Source: a virus. From it: 61,249 nucleotides of DNA. The translations under genes were made by a program, and so were the position numbers. The DNA lies in the IMG/VR virus record IMGVR_UViG_3300050821_004166, positions 1 through 61,249 of that record. One strand, written 5' to 3'. This document shows, piece by piece, positions 16,795 to 25,992 of this stretch (its first letter is position 1; every line of letters begins with the position of its first letter). The notes beneath the pieces were generated by a model. That model worked only from the letters and a program-made list of their open reading frames with translations, was not told where the DNA came from and made no database searches.

Positions 16795-16859
16795 GAGCCT
16801 GTAAACGCTGTACACACGCTGATTGCTGGCGGGCCCACTTGACCGATGCTCAGGCGTAT

Positions 16860-16967
16860 ATGGACAGCAGCGAGCCTCATGCGTGGTTTGTAGATGCGGA
16901 CGGGAAGACCTGGCGCTGTCATCACTGCGGCGACACGATCATCGGTGGAATGAAACCCTGCGACTGA
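16860..16967 (+). CDS. Possible 35-aa zinc-ribbon micro-protein
   Basis: MDSSEPHAWFVDADGKTWRCHHCGDTIIGGMKPCD. It ends 1 nt before the next ATG. Confidence 0.3.
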   Translation: MDSSEPHAWFVDADGKTWRCHHCGDTIIGGMKPCD

Positions 16968-16968
16968 C

Positions 16969-17868
16969 ATGAAAATAGATATCGCAGTCCCGACGTACCG
17001 CGGGCTTCTCAACCCCCAGGCGAAGAACGCCATGGATAGGCTTCTGGCGTATTCGAACTGCACCTGCTTCACACAGAACGCCGCGCTGGCGAGGCAGATG
17101 TTCGAAGCGATCGAGCGGGCCGGCAGGAAACCAGTCAACATCCGGCTTCCGCAACACAACCCCTTCCACAACACCGACGAGTGCCCGGTCGGCAAGCACA
17201 GCATTCACGTCATCCCCCAGGTGAACGCCTGCGTGATTCATTGGGCGCGAAACCACCTTCTTATGAACATGCGGAAGGACGCCGATAAGGTTCTGTTCTG
17301 CGATGACGATATCGTTGTGGAGCAGGACACGCTCGAGCGGCTGCTCGCGCACAAGAAGGATATCGTTGCCGGGCTCTGTACCAAGCGAATCGACCCTCCC
17401 GAGCCCGTCATGCGCCAGTGGATGGACGAGATCCAGAACTACGGAGTGATTTTGCAGTGGCAGGAGGGAAAGCTGGTCGAGGTGGACGCCTGCGGGACGG
17501 GGCTTCTCTTGATCTCGAGGAAAGTCATCGAAGACGTTGGCCGAGCCTACCACCCAAAAGAGTATGCCGACCATGGCGATGGCTTCTGGTTCGAGTTTTT
17601 GAGAGGCCCCCATGGGCAAGAGTGGGGCGAGGATTTGAGCTTCTGCTGGAAAGCTCGCCGGCTAGGCTATCAGATGTTTGTGGACACCGCGGTAACTCCC
17701 GGCCATGTAGGAGAATATCCCTACGGCGTTGCCGACTACCTGCAATACCAGGAAGCCGTCCTCGCGGCGGGCGGAATCACGGCCTACCGCAGAGGGGAAG
17801 CGCGGAAGCAGGTTGCAAATTGGGAGTTTCCGAAGCGGACAAGCGATGAATTGGTGGAGGTTCTATGA
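16969..17868 (+). CDS. Glycosyltransferase, GT-A / family-2-like
   Basis: IDIAVPTYRG, the DxD-type motif FCDDDIVV, GTGLLLISRKV, EDLSFCWKARRLG. Confidence 0.6.
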   Translation: MKIDIAVPTYRGLLNPQAKNAMDRLLAYSNCTCFTQNAALARQMFEAIERAGRKPVNIRLPQHNPFHNTDECPVGKHSIHVIPQVNACVIHWARNHLLMNMRKDADKVLFCDDDIVVEQDTLERLLAHKKDIVAGLCTKRIDPPEPVMRQWMDEIQNYGVILQWQEGKLVEVDACGTGLLLISRKVIEDVGRAYHPKEYADHGDGFWFEFLRGPHGQEWGEDLSFCWKARRLGYQMFVDTAVTPGHVGEYPYGVADYLQYQEAVLAAGGITAYRRGEARKQVANWEFPKRTSDELVEVL

Positions 17869-18635
17869 AGAAACTTATTAGCTTTCTTATTATGGTTTCG
17901 ATCGGCGCAGCAGCCGGCCAGGCCAGGGAAAGACACTTCAGCTACACCGAGTCGCGGCCCGTCATTCCTCCCCGTCCAGCGATCGAGACTCCGGAACCAC
18001 CGGAACCGCAAGGCGGCACCGTCAATTCAAACCTTCGCATCCCTTCTATCTTCGCTTTGGTTTTCGGTGACGGGCAATCCGATGATGTGTACGTCCAGAA
18101 GACTTCCTCGAACACCATCACAGTCCACGGGAACCTGACCTGCACCGGAGGGACGTGCGGAGCTGTCTCGATACCTGCGCTGTCCAGTTTAAGCGACACC
18201 ACCATCACCACGCCGGCCAACAACGACTTGCTCACTTACTCCACGGCGGATTCGAAGTGGGAGAACAAGCCGATCGGAGTGCAGCCTTACCGATTCAGCG
18301 GCTTCGTTGCGGGGACCTACACCACCTCGCAAGTCTTATTTGCGGTCCCGGTCGGGAGCACCGTCACCTTTGCGGCAAACTTCAGCGGTTCTCAGGCAGT
18401 CCTGCAGGCGGCAGCGACGGCTTCGACAGTCTTCATCATCAACAAAATTATCAGCGGGACGCCGACCCAGATCGGCAGCATCACTTGCGGAATCTCTGCC
18501 ACGGTATGCACGTTCACATCGTCCAGCGGCTTGACGCAAAGCCTAGCCTCGGGGAACGTGCTAGAGATCGTTGCCCCCGCTTCGGCTGATACCACTGCCG
18601 GCGCACTCGGATTCTTGCTCCTGGGGACAAGCTGA
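17865..18635 (+). CDS. Ser/Thr-rich protein with a signal-peptide-like N-terminus
   Basis: MKKLISFLIMVSIGAAAGQA. ATGA overlap with the GT gene. Confidence 0.45.
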   Translation: MKKLISFLIMVSIGAAAGQARERHFSYTESRPVIPPRPAIETPEPPEPQGGTVNSNLRIPSIFALVFGDGQSDDVYVQKTSSNTITVHGNLTCTGGTCGAVSIPALSSLSDTTITTPANNDLLTYSTADSKWENKPIGVQPYRFSGFVAGTYTTSQVLFAVPVGSTVTFAANFSGSQAVLQAAATASTVFIINKIISGTPTQIGSITCGISATVCTFTSSSGLTQSLASGNVLEIVAPASADTTAGALGFLLLGTS

Positions 18636-19555
18636 TGAAGAAACGGATACTCCTGGTCCTCATCCTCTTTCTGGCTCCGCTGTCCAGGGCGCAGATCACG
18701 ATTGTCCAATCCGGTCATGCTGTTGGTGGCGCGGTCTCTACCACCGCCGCTTACAATCAAGCGGCGACCCACACCATGTTTGTGTTCGCATCAGCTTACG
18801 GCACAATTCTCACCGGCAACATCTCGGACACCGCAGGAAACACCTTCACGCCAGTTTTCACGGCAGGAGACTTCGTTATCACCGCAAACAACGTTCACGT
18901 TCAGGCATGGACCGTCTTTGGCTGTCTAGGCAACGCAGCCAACGTAGTCACCATTTCGACGATGGGTAATGATTTTGGTTCCGGTGGCATCTCCGTCTAC
19001 GATATCACGGGAGTAACTGCTCTTGACTTCAAGGCAAACGGTGCGTCGGGTTCTGAAGCGATCACATTTAGCTCAGCGCACGCCAACGAAGCAATCGTGT
19101 CATTAGTCGTAAACTTTCAGAACTTCTTGAGTGGAGGAAATACGCCACCAGCCACATCGCCTACTTATACGCTCGACCCAAGTGGACCTTTAACGGGCTT
19201 TATAGTCGGAGCAACCAAGGTAGTTTCGACGCTTCTAACAACTGTCACCGAGACGTGGACAACCGCCAACTCAGCTTACGATCAGGTCTTTACGTTCGGG
19301 CTTACTGCAGCAGCGGCAGTGAATCCAAGTCAACCAGTTGTCTTTGTTACGGAGTATTTGGGCTATGAACGTCAGAATGAAAGAAGAAGAGACTCCGGTT
19401 GCCCGTCTCGCCGCGGTGGTTGTCTGGGTAACAACGAAGATCGAGAGAAATTTCGAGAAGACTGGCAACGGTCCGCGGATTCCAGACTACGCCGACTATC
19501 GCGCAGCACTCGCGCCGTACTTGAGGAGGGAAGAGCTGCTGTGGAGGATGGATGA
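18635..19555 (+). CDS. Ser/Thr-rich protein with a signal-peptide-like N-terminus; 3' end uncertain
   Basis: MKKRILLVLILFLAPLSRAQ. After about 19370 the translation becomes Arg-rich and overlaps the next gene. Confidence 0.4.
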   Translation: MKKRILLVLILFLAPLSRAQITIVQSGHAVGGAVSTTAAYNQAATHTMFVFASAYGTILTGNISDTAGNTFTPVFTAGDFVITANNVHVQAWTVFGCLGNAANVVTISTMGNDFGSGGISVYDITGVTALDFKANGASGSEAITFSSAHANEAIVSLVVNFQNFLSGGNTPPATSPTYTLDPSGPLTGFIVGATKVVSTLLTTVTETWTTANSAYDQVFTFGLTAAAAVNPSQPVVFVTEYLGYERQNERRRDSGCPSRRGGCLGNNEDREKFREDWQRSADSRLRRLSRSTRAVLEEGRAAVEDG

Positions 19556-19709
19556 AGCCCGGAGGACAGCCGAGACGGATGAACTCACAGCAAGGCTGAA
19601 ACAACTAGCCAATGAGCTTTTTGAATGTGACGTGGCAATCTCTAAAATTCAGAGCACCCTCACATCGTTCGATCGACGGATGCTCAAGGAATTGAAGATC
19701 AAAGAATGA
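19365..19709 (+). CDS. Coiled-coil protein
   Basis: ATG 19365 lies in frame within ORF 19338..19709; 114 aa. Confidence 0.4.
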   Translation: MNVRMKEEETPVARLAAVVVWVTTKIERNFEKTGNGPRIPDYADYRAALAPYLRREELLWRMDEARRTAETDELTARLKQLANELFECDVAISKIQSTLTSFDRRMLKELKIKE

Positions 19710-19987
19710 TTGAATCCTCCGGAGAGTGGCGCGACGAACGACTCTGGGTGTTGAAAACGCTAGAGAAGTTAGAGGACGAACAGCGCCGGGAAGTGGAATC
19801 GGCTGCCCTTATGTCGCAAGGGCAGCTAATAAAAGCGAGTAAGGATATCCAGGAAGCGCACATCAAAATCCGGGCTCTCGAGAAGGCCAGGAGGAATCTG
19901 AGCATCAAGTATTGGATCGTGACTGGCGTGCTCTCCGTTGCCACAGCTTTGTTGCTGAAGGTTTTAGAGAGGTACTTTCACCCATGA
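19706..19987 (+). CDS. Coiled-coil protein with a C-terminal TM anchor
   Basis: ATGA overlap with the upstream gene. C-terminal YWIVTGVLSVATALLLKVL. Confidence 0.45.
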   Translation: MIESSGEWRDERLWVLKTLEKLEDEQRREVESAALMSQGQLIKASKDIQEAHIKIRALEKARRNLSIKYWIVTGVLSVATALLLKVLERYFHP

Positions 19988-20673
19988 CCGTGCAAGAACT
20001 TGCCGAGGCCTGCCGGAATATCAGCGAGGACAGCATCAAGAAGCTGAAGATTGAATCCTGGATCTCGATGGAGCTAGGGCGCATCGTCAACCGCAAACAC
20101 TATTTTTGGAGGCGGGCGGCGATCGAGTTTGACACCGTAGCGCAGCAACCCACTTACGACCTCACCGCCGGCCCGAATGCCATTGCGGCAGACTTCATGC
20201 AGATGGGCAGCAACCTGTTCCAGTTCGACGGAACGAACAAGACCGGGGAATTGCAATTCGTGGATGACAACCTGGGATTGCTGAAGATGCGGAAGGGCAC
20301 CACGGTCACTACGCCGTCAGTCTTTAGTATCGAGCTAGGTTCGAACACCAAGACCCTTCGCCTAAGCCCCATCCCGGATACCGTCTATTCCTATGCCGGC
20401 GTCTACTACCGCGGGGCGGTCATCAACTGGAACAGCCCGGACGACGAAGAAATTCCCCTGGTCCCTCCGGAAATGCACTATGTCGTTTACCAGGCCATGG
20501 AGCGGCGAGTGTTCTTCTACCTGTACGGCCAAAAAGACCCCCGTGCGGCGATTGCCGTACAAGCCGAACAGCAGTGTCTTGGAGACCTCGACGCCTACAA
20601 GTCTGGTTCCACAATGCAAGCCTTGGAATGGCGATCAGGGGACCATAACGATTTCGTTCAAAGCACTCGTTGA
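19984..20673 (+). CDS. Putative head-tail adaptor / tail tubular protein A-like structural protein
   Basis: ATGA overlap at 19984. 229 aa, positioned just before the large nozzle-like protein as in the T7 gp11-gp12 order. Confidence 0.4.
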   Translation: MTVQELAEACRNISEDSIKKLKIESWISMELGRIVNRKHYFWRRAAIEFDTVAQQPTYDLTAGPNAIAADFMQMGSNLFQFDGTNKTGELQFVDDNLGLLKMRKGTTVTTPSVFSIELGSNTKTLRLSPIPDTVYSYAGVYYRGAVINWNSPDDEEIPLVPPEMHYVVYQAMERRVFFYLYGQKDPRAAIAVQAEQQCLGDLDAYKSGSTMQALEWRSGDHNDFVQSTR

Positions 20674-20679
20674 GGTGGT

Positions 20680-22641
20680 ATGGCCGGCAGCCGTGTAGCC
20701 TTCGAGGATTTCAGCGGAGTAGATAGTCGATCGAGTCCCCTCCGTCTTCCCCCAGGTAAAGCTCTGCGTCAGAAAAATTGGAGACCGATGCCGAACGGCA
20801 CGCTGCAGCTCCGGAACGGTTATACCCGGCCTCCCATGCTTGGAGCGACAGACGTAAATCCGATTCACTCCGCGGCTTACTACGAACTCCACGACAACAC
20901 TCAGCAGGTTCTCTATTCCCAAGGGAATGTGTTGCGGCTGTACGCCGTAGCCAACGGAAGCGTTTCAACCGTCTCCACGCTTTCGAATACGCTCTCCTGG
21001 AACGGATGCTTCGCAAACAACGCCTTCATGTTTGGGAATGGCGTCGATCAGAAAATCTACGACGGCGCCACCCTGCGGAACATCGGCATCCCGGCACCTA
21101 CGGCAGCGGAAGCTGCGGCGGTGACGGTATCCTTCTCGACCGCGACAACCGGCAGTTGGGCAACCAGTGACCCCACCCTCCTCGGCTATCAGCTCTTCAT
21201 GTGCTACTACAACCCGGTCAACGGAGCGGTCGGCAACCGTATGCAGATCGGCGCCAGGTTGCAGGTGCTCGCTGCAGGCGGTGAGATGGTCTTGACCGGC
21301 CTGCCCAATCTGGCGACGTACAGCGCGGAATGGGTGAAGCTCATCGGCCGAACCGGAGATAACGGCCTGGTTCCAAACGCGCTGATTGACGGCAGCGGAA
21401 CGTGGATTGTTGTGGGGAATACGCTGACCACCGCGACTATCCTGGATGCCGCGACAGATCCGAATTCAGAGCTCCCGACGAGAAACGGGTTTCCGCCGAA
21501 GTTCAACAAGATTTGTTGGGCTCTTGGACGCGCCTACGCGATCGATGAGAACGACCCGAGCGGCGTAATGTTTTCCGAATCTCTTGCCGATGTGCCTTCC
21601 GGGCTGTTTGTGGGAGACCCGCGGCAGTCTTGGGCGGCCTCGAGCAAAGTCTACTTTCCGACAGGTGAGCGATGTATTGCCTTGCATACGCAAGACGATC
21701 AGGCATGGGTGTGGACAAGGAACCACTTAGCCATTCTGACGGAGTACCAGGGAACCGATGCCAGCTTAGGCCGGCCCGCGGTCCAGTGGATGGGCACTTG
21801 GGTTGGCGGTATCGCTACGAACCGCGCTTTCGTCAAAACCAGGCATGGACCTTTCTGGGTGTCCTACGATATGGAACTCATGTCTCGGCCCGTCGCGGCC
21901 AGCTATCAATCCGGAGCTTCCGGACCTGTCCCGGTAAGCACCGACTACGAAGCTGCCTTGCTCGCTCGCATTGTTAACCGCGACAGCATCGAAATGGCCT
22001 ACCTGTTGGATCCGTACAAGGATATCGACTGCATCTACATTCGCGGGCTCGATATCAACGGCAACGAGGTTGTCGTCGTCCATGACTTCGGTTCTGGCGG
22101 CATCGGACGGGAGCACGTCTACAACGTGGTATGCAACACCTTCGTTCGCAACCCGGACAACGTTGTTTCCATGAGGGACACCCTCGGCCAGATGCGCCTT
22201 TGGATTGGAGACCCCAACGGACTATTCGCACAGCTCGAGGACGGCGACGTGGACGGACCGAACCAGACCTACTCAGCGGACTGCGTGATGCTGTTCAATG
22301 CCGGCGCGTCTGCACCAACGATCGGAGATATCGAGTGGTTTGGCGATGCTGATGTAGAAATCAGCATGAGTAAAGACTTGCGATTGACATTGCAGGACCT
22401 CGATGCACTAGACTCCTTAGAGGCAATTTCGGTCAATCAGAACACTTCTCTTTGGCGGGCACAGATTGAAGAGAAGCTGCAATTTATGTACCTGCGATTC
22501 CAACTCGACAGTCACCCCGCAGACGGCACGTTAGCTCGATCATCCCCAATTCCAGGACTTCCGCTTGAGACCTACGGGCGGGTGTACGCCGCAAGGCCGG
22601 CGATGGGAGTCGGGCGCACGATCGGAGGATCGAATCCGTGA
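20680..22641 (+). CDS. Putative tail tubular protein B / nozzle protein
   Basis: 653 aa. The call rests on size and gene order only. Confidence 0.45.
   Translation: MAGSRVAFEDFSGVDSRSSPLRLPPGKALRQKNWRPMPNGTLQLRNGYTRPPMLGATDVNPIHSAAYYELHDNTQQVLYSQGNVLRLYAVANGSVSTVSTLSNTLSWNGCFANNAFMFGNGVDQKIYDGATLRNIGIPAPTAAEAAAVTVSFSTATTGSWATSDPTLLGYQLFMCYYNPVNGAVGNRMQIGARLQVLAAGGEMVLTGLPNLATYSAEWVKLIGRTGDNGLVPNALIDGSGTWIVVGNTLTTATILDAATDPNSELPTRNGFPPKFNKICWALGRAYAIDENDPSGVMFSESLADVPSGLFVGDPRQSWAASSKVYFPTGERCIALHTQDDQAWVWTRNHLAILTEYQGTDASLGRPAVQWMGTWVGGIATNRAFVKTRHGPFWVSYDMELMSRPVAASYQSGASGPVPVSTDYEAALLARIVNRDSIEMAYLLDPYKDIDCIYIRGLDINGNEVVVVHDFGSGGIGREHVYNVVCNTFVRNPDNVVSMRDTLGQMRLWIGDPNGLFAQLEDGDVDGPNQTYSADCVMLFNAGASAPTIGDIEWFGDADVEISMSKDLRLTLQDLDALDSLEAISVNQNTSLWRAQIEEKLQFMYLRFQLDSHPADGTLARSSPIPGLPLETYGRVYAARPAMGVGRTIGGSNP
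22384..22414 (+). promoter_or_regulatory. Promoter-like element, family 1, inside a CDS: TTGACATTGCAGGAC...TAGACT
   Basis: TTGACA at 22384-22389, N19, TAGACT at 22409-22414. Confidence 0.45.
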
Positions 22642-23096
22642 ACATGCCCGTCGCCACGATGCAGAACCCCGTCTCGGTTGGCCTTCCAGGTTCAACGATC
22701 TTCCGAGGGCGTCCCGCAATCGTGCAAGATTTTCAGTATCGTCCGGGCACGCTCGAGGTGGTTCTCTTCTGGAACGCTCCCCAAAACATGGCCGGCGTAG
22801 ACCGCTGGCGCATTTTTCAAGGTAATGAGTCCAATCTTATTTTGGACCTGGGAGACCGAAACGCCAGGCAAGCCACGATAAAGATGGCCGCGGCGGCTTC
22901 GGCCATGTTCTACGTGTGCGCGGTTAGTAAGTTTGGCCTGGAAGGACCGAAGAAGGGTATTCGCGCAATAGCTAACGCTGACTCTGTGGTGTTATCAGGG
23001 ACAAGCGGAGCAACCGCGGGAACGACTTCCGTTCCAGATCATACCTGGCTGAACCAGACTGGCGGCGGCAGGTACATCGGTGGATCTGACCTATGA
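22638..23096 (+). CDS. Structural protein with an Ig/FN3-like region
   Basis: GTGA overlap with the upstream gene. 152 aa, beta-rich, with the segment LEVVLFWNAPQN..WRIFQG. Confidence 0.35.
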   Translation: MNMPVATMQNPVSVGLPGSTIFRGRPAIVQDFQYRPGTLEVVLFWNAPQNMAGVDRWRIFQGNESNLILDLGDRNARQATIKMAAAASAMFYVCAVSKFGLEGPKKGIRAIANADSVVLSGTSGATAGTTSVPDHTWLNQTGGGRYIGGSDL

Positions 23097-23575
23097 GGCA
23101 GACGCACATCATCAAGTTCAAGGATGGCGTTCCGGAAGAGTGCTGCTGGCCGGCATGGCATCTTCTTATTGACTACCTCGAGGAGAAGGGCGCCGGCATC
23201 CTGAAAGACGAACTGCCGAAAATGTCCAGAGTTTGGACTGAGATAGTCACGACCGAGGCAGGTTCGAAGTGTACGGGCTTTGCGACCATCGTGCAGGTGT
23301 GGGACGTGAACAACTTTCATTGCGACGATGACCGCACGCGAGCCCGGCTGATGCAGCGTATCTCGACCGTGCTTGAGGAGAGTGTTGGCGGGCGGGCTGT
23401 TGCTCTCGTATTCATCAACCCAGAGACAGAGAAAGACTGGATTCCGATGCTTGAGATCATGGGAGCGCAGCGGGCTAACCGCTGGCTAGTTCCTACCAGT
23501 CTCCCTCTTGAGAAAGGGGGAGAAAATGTGTTTCGGGCCGACTGCACCGCAAAGCAATCTTCTAAACACACTTAA
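23093..23575 (+). CDS. Hypothetical protein
   Basis: ATGA overlap with the upstream gene; 160 aa. Confidence 0.4.
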   Translation: MRQTHIIKFKDGVPEECCWPAWHLLIDYLEEKGAGILKDELPKMSRVWTEIVTTEAGSKCTGFATIVQVWDVNNFHCDDDRTRARLMQRISTVLEESVGGRAVALVFINPETEKDWIPMLEIMGAQRANRWLVPTSLPLEKGGENVFRADCTAKQSSKHT

Positions 23576-23966
23576 AAACCTCATCCCGACGATGATAACG
23601 AAGCAGGATGCGTCTCTCGATCCGTTGCAGGCGTTTGGCTTGCAAGGAATGACGCAAGGGTTGCCCGACTTCCAAGCGCAGAAAGACTTCTCGAGCGGCA
23701 CAGTAGCGCAGAGCACGGCGCCGGCAGCCGGGGGAGTTATCCGCAGACTCGCTGCTTCCGGACTGAAGACAAGCGATCCAGCTTCTCAGGGAGTCATGGG
23801 AGACTTCGCAGCTTCAAACGCCCGTTCCTACGACGCGAACCTTAATAGCCTGCTCACAGCAAACAATGCCGCGAAGCAGGCGGGCGCGAACAATCTTGCG
23901 GCAGTGGCTTCGGCGCGTAATCCGATACCGGCGCTTTCGCTGTATGGAACCGCAGCGTATTCGTGA
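23526..23966 (+). CDS. Met-Cys-initiated Gly/Ala/Pro-rich protein (putative internal virion protein), member a
   Basis: GGGGGAGAAA upstream of the ATG. Begins MCFGPTAP. Confidence 0.45.
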   Translation: MCFGPTAPQSNLLNTLKNLIPTMITKQDASLDPLQAFGLQGMTQGLPDFQAQKDFSSGTVAQSTAPAAGGVIRRLAASGLKTSDPASQGVMGDFAASNARSYDANLNSLLTANNAAKQAGANNLAAVASARNPIPALSLYGTAAYS

Positions 23967-23972
23967 GGAACG

Positions 23973-24236
23973 ATGTGTTTGAACGCAATGCCGGGAGCAG
24001 CAGGTGCAGCACCGCCAGGAGCTACGCCACCGTCGCCACCGTCAGGCGTTCCAGGGCCGACGATCGACCCCACGGCAGGCCTCGGCGGTCCGGCAGCACC
24101 GAAGCCGGGGATAGGCAGCACGCTTATGAAGACCATCCTTGGTGGTGGGCTTCTGGGACAGATTCCGGGAATGCCGGGTGGGATGGCGGGCGGGGTTATG
24201 CCGATGCTTTCTCCAATTCTTCGGATGTTCAAGTGA
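23973..24236 (+). CDS. Met-Cys-initiated Gly/Pro-rich protein, member b
   Basis: GAGGA upstream of the ATG. Begins MCLNAMPG and ends MPMLSPILRMFK. Confidence 0.45.
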   Translation: MCLNAMPGAAGAAPPGATPPSPPSGVPGPTIDPTAGLGGPAAPKPGIGSTLMKTILGGGLLGQIPGMPGGMAGGVMPMLSPILRMFK

Positions 24237-24243
24237 GGCGACT

Positions 24244-24621
24244 ATGTGCATGGATGCAATCAGTGGCGCCGTAGGACCTGACGCCAATACTGCTCCGACT
24301 ACTCCGCTGTCAGTATTGAAAGCTGGCGCAAGTGGAGCAACCTCACCGGCGCCGGCGAAGGCTACCGGAATCTCGAAGGTTGCCGAGAATCCGTTGGTGC
24401 AAGGTGGAATCTCTGCTGCCGGCATGGCTCTCGCGCCGGTATTAGGACCGTTAGCTCCCCTCCTCATTCCCTTGGCTGGAAAACTTGTTGGCGGCTTGCT
24501 TGGGAAAAAGCCGACGCCAGGTTTCAATGCCAACGTCGTCGGAGGTTCGAACGGATTAGACGCGCTGGCCGCGAAGAACGCCGCGCCGGCTGCTCCTGTG
24601 AGAAGTTTCGGAGGAATGTGA
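24244..24621 (+). CDS. Met-Cys-initiated Gly/Ala/Pro-rich protein, member c
   Basis: Internal ATG of ORF 24139..24621. Begins MCMDAISG. Confidence 0.4.
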   Translation: MCMDAISGAVGPDANTAPTTPLSVLKAGASGATSPAPAKATGISKVAENPLVQGGISAAGMALAPVLGPLAPLLIPLAGKLVGGLLGKKPTPGFNANVVGGSNGLDALAAKNAAPAAPVRSFGGM

Positions 24622-24622
24622 A

Positions 24623-25990
24623 GTGGGTTTCAATCTTCTGCAATCGGTACTCGGCCAGGGAAACAACGCGACAGACCCGAACGCGCTGATTAAGACGATT
24701 CTCGCCGCTGCTACCCCTCCGGAACCAGACCAGCCGGAACCAGATGCCGGAACAGATCCGGGCGCTGGCGGCGACATGGGGCTTGGTGGGTTGAATCCTG
24801 GTACGCCAGGGTTTGCCGATGTTGCTTCTGCGGGTACCGATGCTGCAACTCCGAGCGCGAGCCCTATCCCCGCAATTCTTGGAACTCCAGCAAACGACCC
24901 GAGCCGAGCTCCATGGGCGCCGAGCACCCCTCCGGGGACTCCTCCGAGTCTCAACGAGGCTCTTCCCCCTGGCGTAATCAAGGAAGTGCTTGCGAATCCT
25001 GGGTTGTACAAGAATCTCAACTCCGTTTTGAACCAGACCCAATCCAAGGTTCCCAAAATGAGACCGCTGGACTACCTGATAGCCGCGGGTACTCCGATAG
25101 CGTCTGCTCTTCTTCAGATGATGACCTCGAGGAAGCGCAGCGATCGAGCTGGAAACTTTGCTGCAGGGTTGGCGAGCGGCGGGTTGCAATCACTCATCGG
25201 CATAGCCGGGCGGCCGGCGGCAGCAGCGCAGGCGCAGCGGCAAGCCGATATCGAGAACATGCTTCTCTTGCACACGTTGCGCGGAAAGCCGCAGGCGAGC
25301 ATCGACTCGGCAACCGGAAAACCGACATGGGCTTTCGAGACTGGCGAGACGATGGGGACGGCGGGCCCGGTTCCGCGGCCAGGAGCGCGAGGCACGGTCG
25401 AGACGAAAGAGGTTACTGACGAATCTGGGGACACACATCAGATCGAGCGAGATCCGACACAAAAGGATTGGCAGCCTTCGATGATGGATGAACCTACGCC
25501 GGCGACGTCCTTCAACAAACAGGGCATCGACATGCCGGCAAGCACGCTGCGTGTCCCGGTCGTCAGCAAGAAGCAGCCGAAAGAGCCTAAGACAGAGGTT
25601 GGTTGGGGCAGCACCGATCCGAACGCAGAGAAGGGCGACACCGAAGAGATGATGCTGGCGCAACCAGGGAAGAAACCGGTTCATCTTGGAATCTTCCGGC
25701 CAACGGCAGGCAGAACGGAAAGCAAGGCGGAAGCGGAAAAGCGGCAAGTGAGCCACTTAGCGGTTCTTGCTCTGCAGGATGCTCATGCGCGAGCGAAGCC
25801 TAACGCCAAACCGGAGGATATCGTCAACGATGCGACAGAGGATTTCCGCAAGAAATCTAACCAGAGCCCTGTTTTGGCTGATAGAGCTAATGCAGTCTCC
25901 TCCGCAATCCGTAACATCGGGCGCAACGTCACGGACAAGAATCAACTCGGAGAGATTTTGGAGAAGTTAACTGAGGGACAAGGGAAGTGA
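24623..25990 (+). CDS. Putative internal virion / core protein
   Basis: 455 aa; Pro/Gly-rich N-terminus followed by a charged region. GTG start 2 nt after the previous stop. Confidence 0.4.
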   Translation: MGFNLLQSVLGQGNNATDPNALIKTILAAATPPEPDQPEPDAGTDPGAGGDMGLGGLNPGTPGFADVASAGTDAATPSASPIPAILGTPANDPSRAPWAPSTPPGTPPSLNEALPPGVIKEVLANPGLYKNLNSVLNQTQSKVPKMRPLDYLIAAGTPIASALLQMMTSRKRSDRAGNFAAGLASGGLQSLIGIAGRPAAAAQAQRQADIENMLLLHTLRGKPQASIDSATGKPTWAFETGETMGTAGPVPRPGARGTVETKEVTDESGDTHQIERDPTQKDWQPSMMDEPTPATSFNKQGIDMPASTLRVPVVSKKQPKEPKTEVGWGSTDPNAEKGDTEEMMLAQPGKKPVHLGIFRPTAGRTESKAEAEKRQVSHLAVLALQDAHARAKPNAKPEDIVNDATEDFRKKSNQSPVLADRANAVSSAIRNIGRNVTDKNQLGEILEKLTEGQGK

Positions 25991-25992
25991 AA

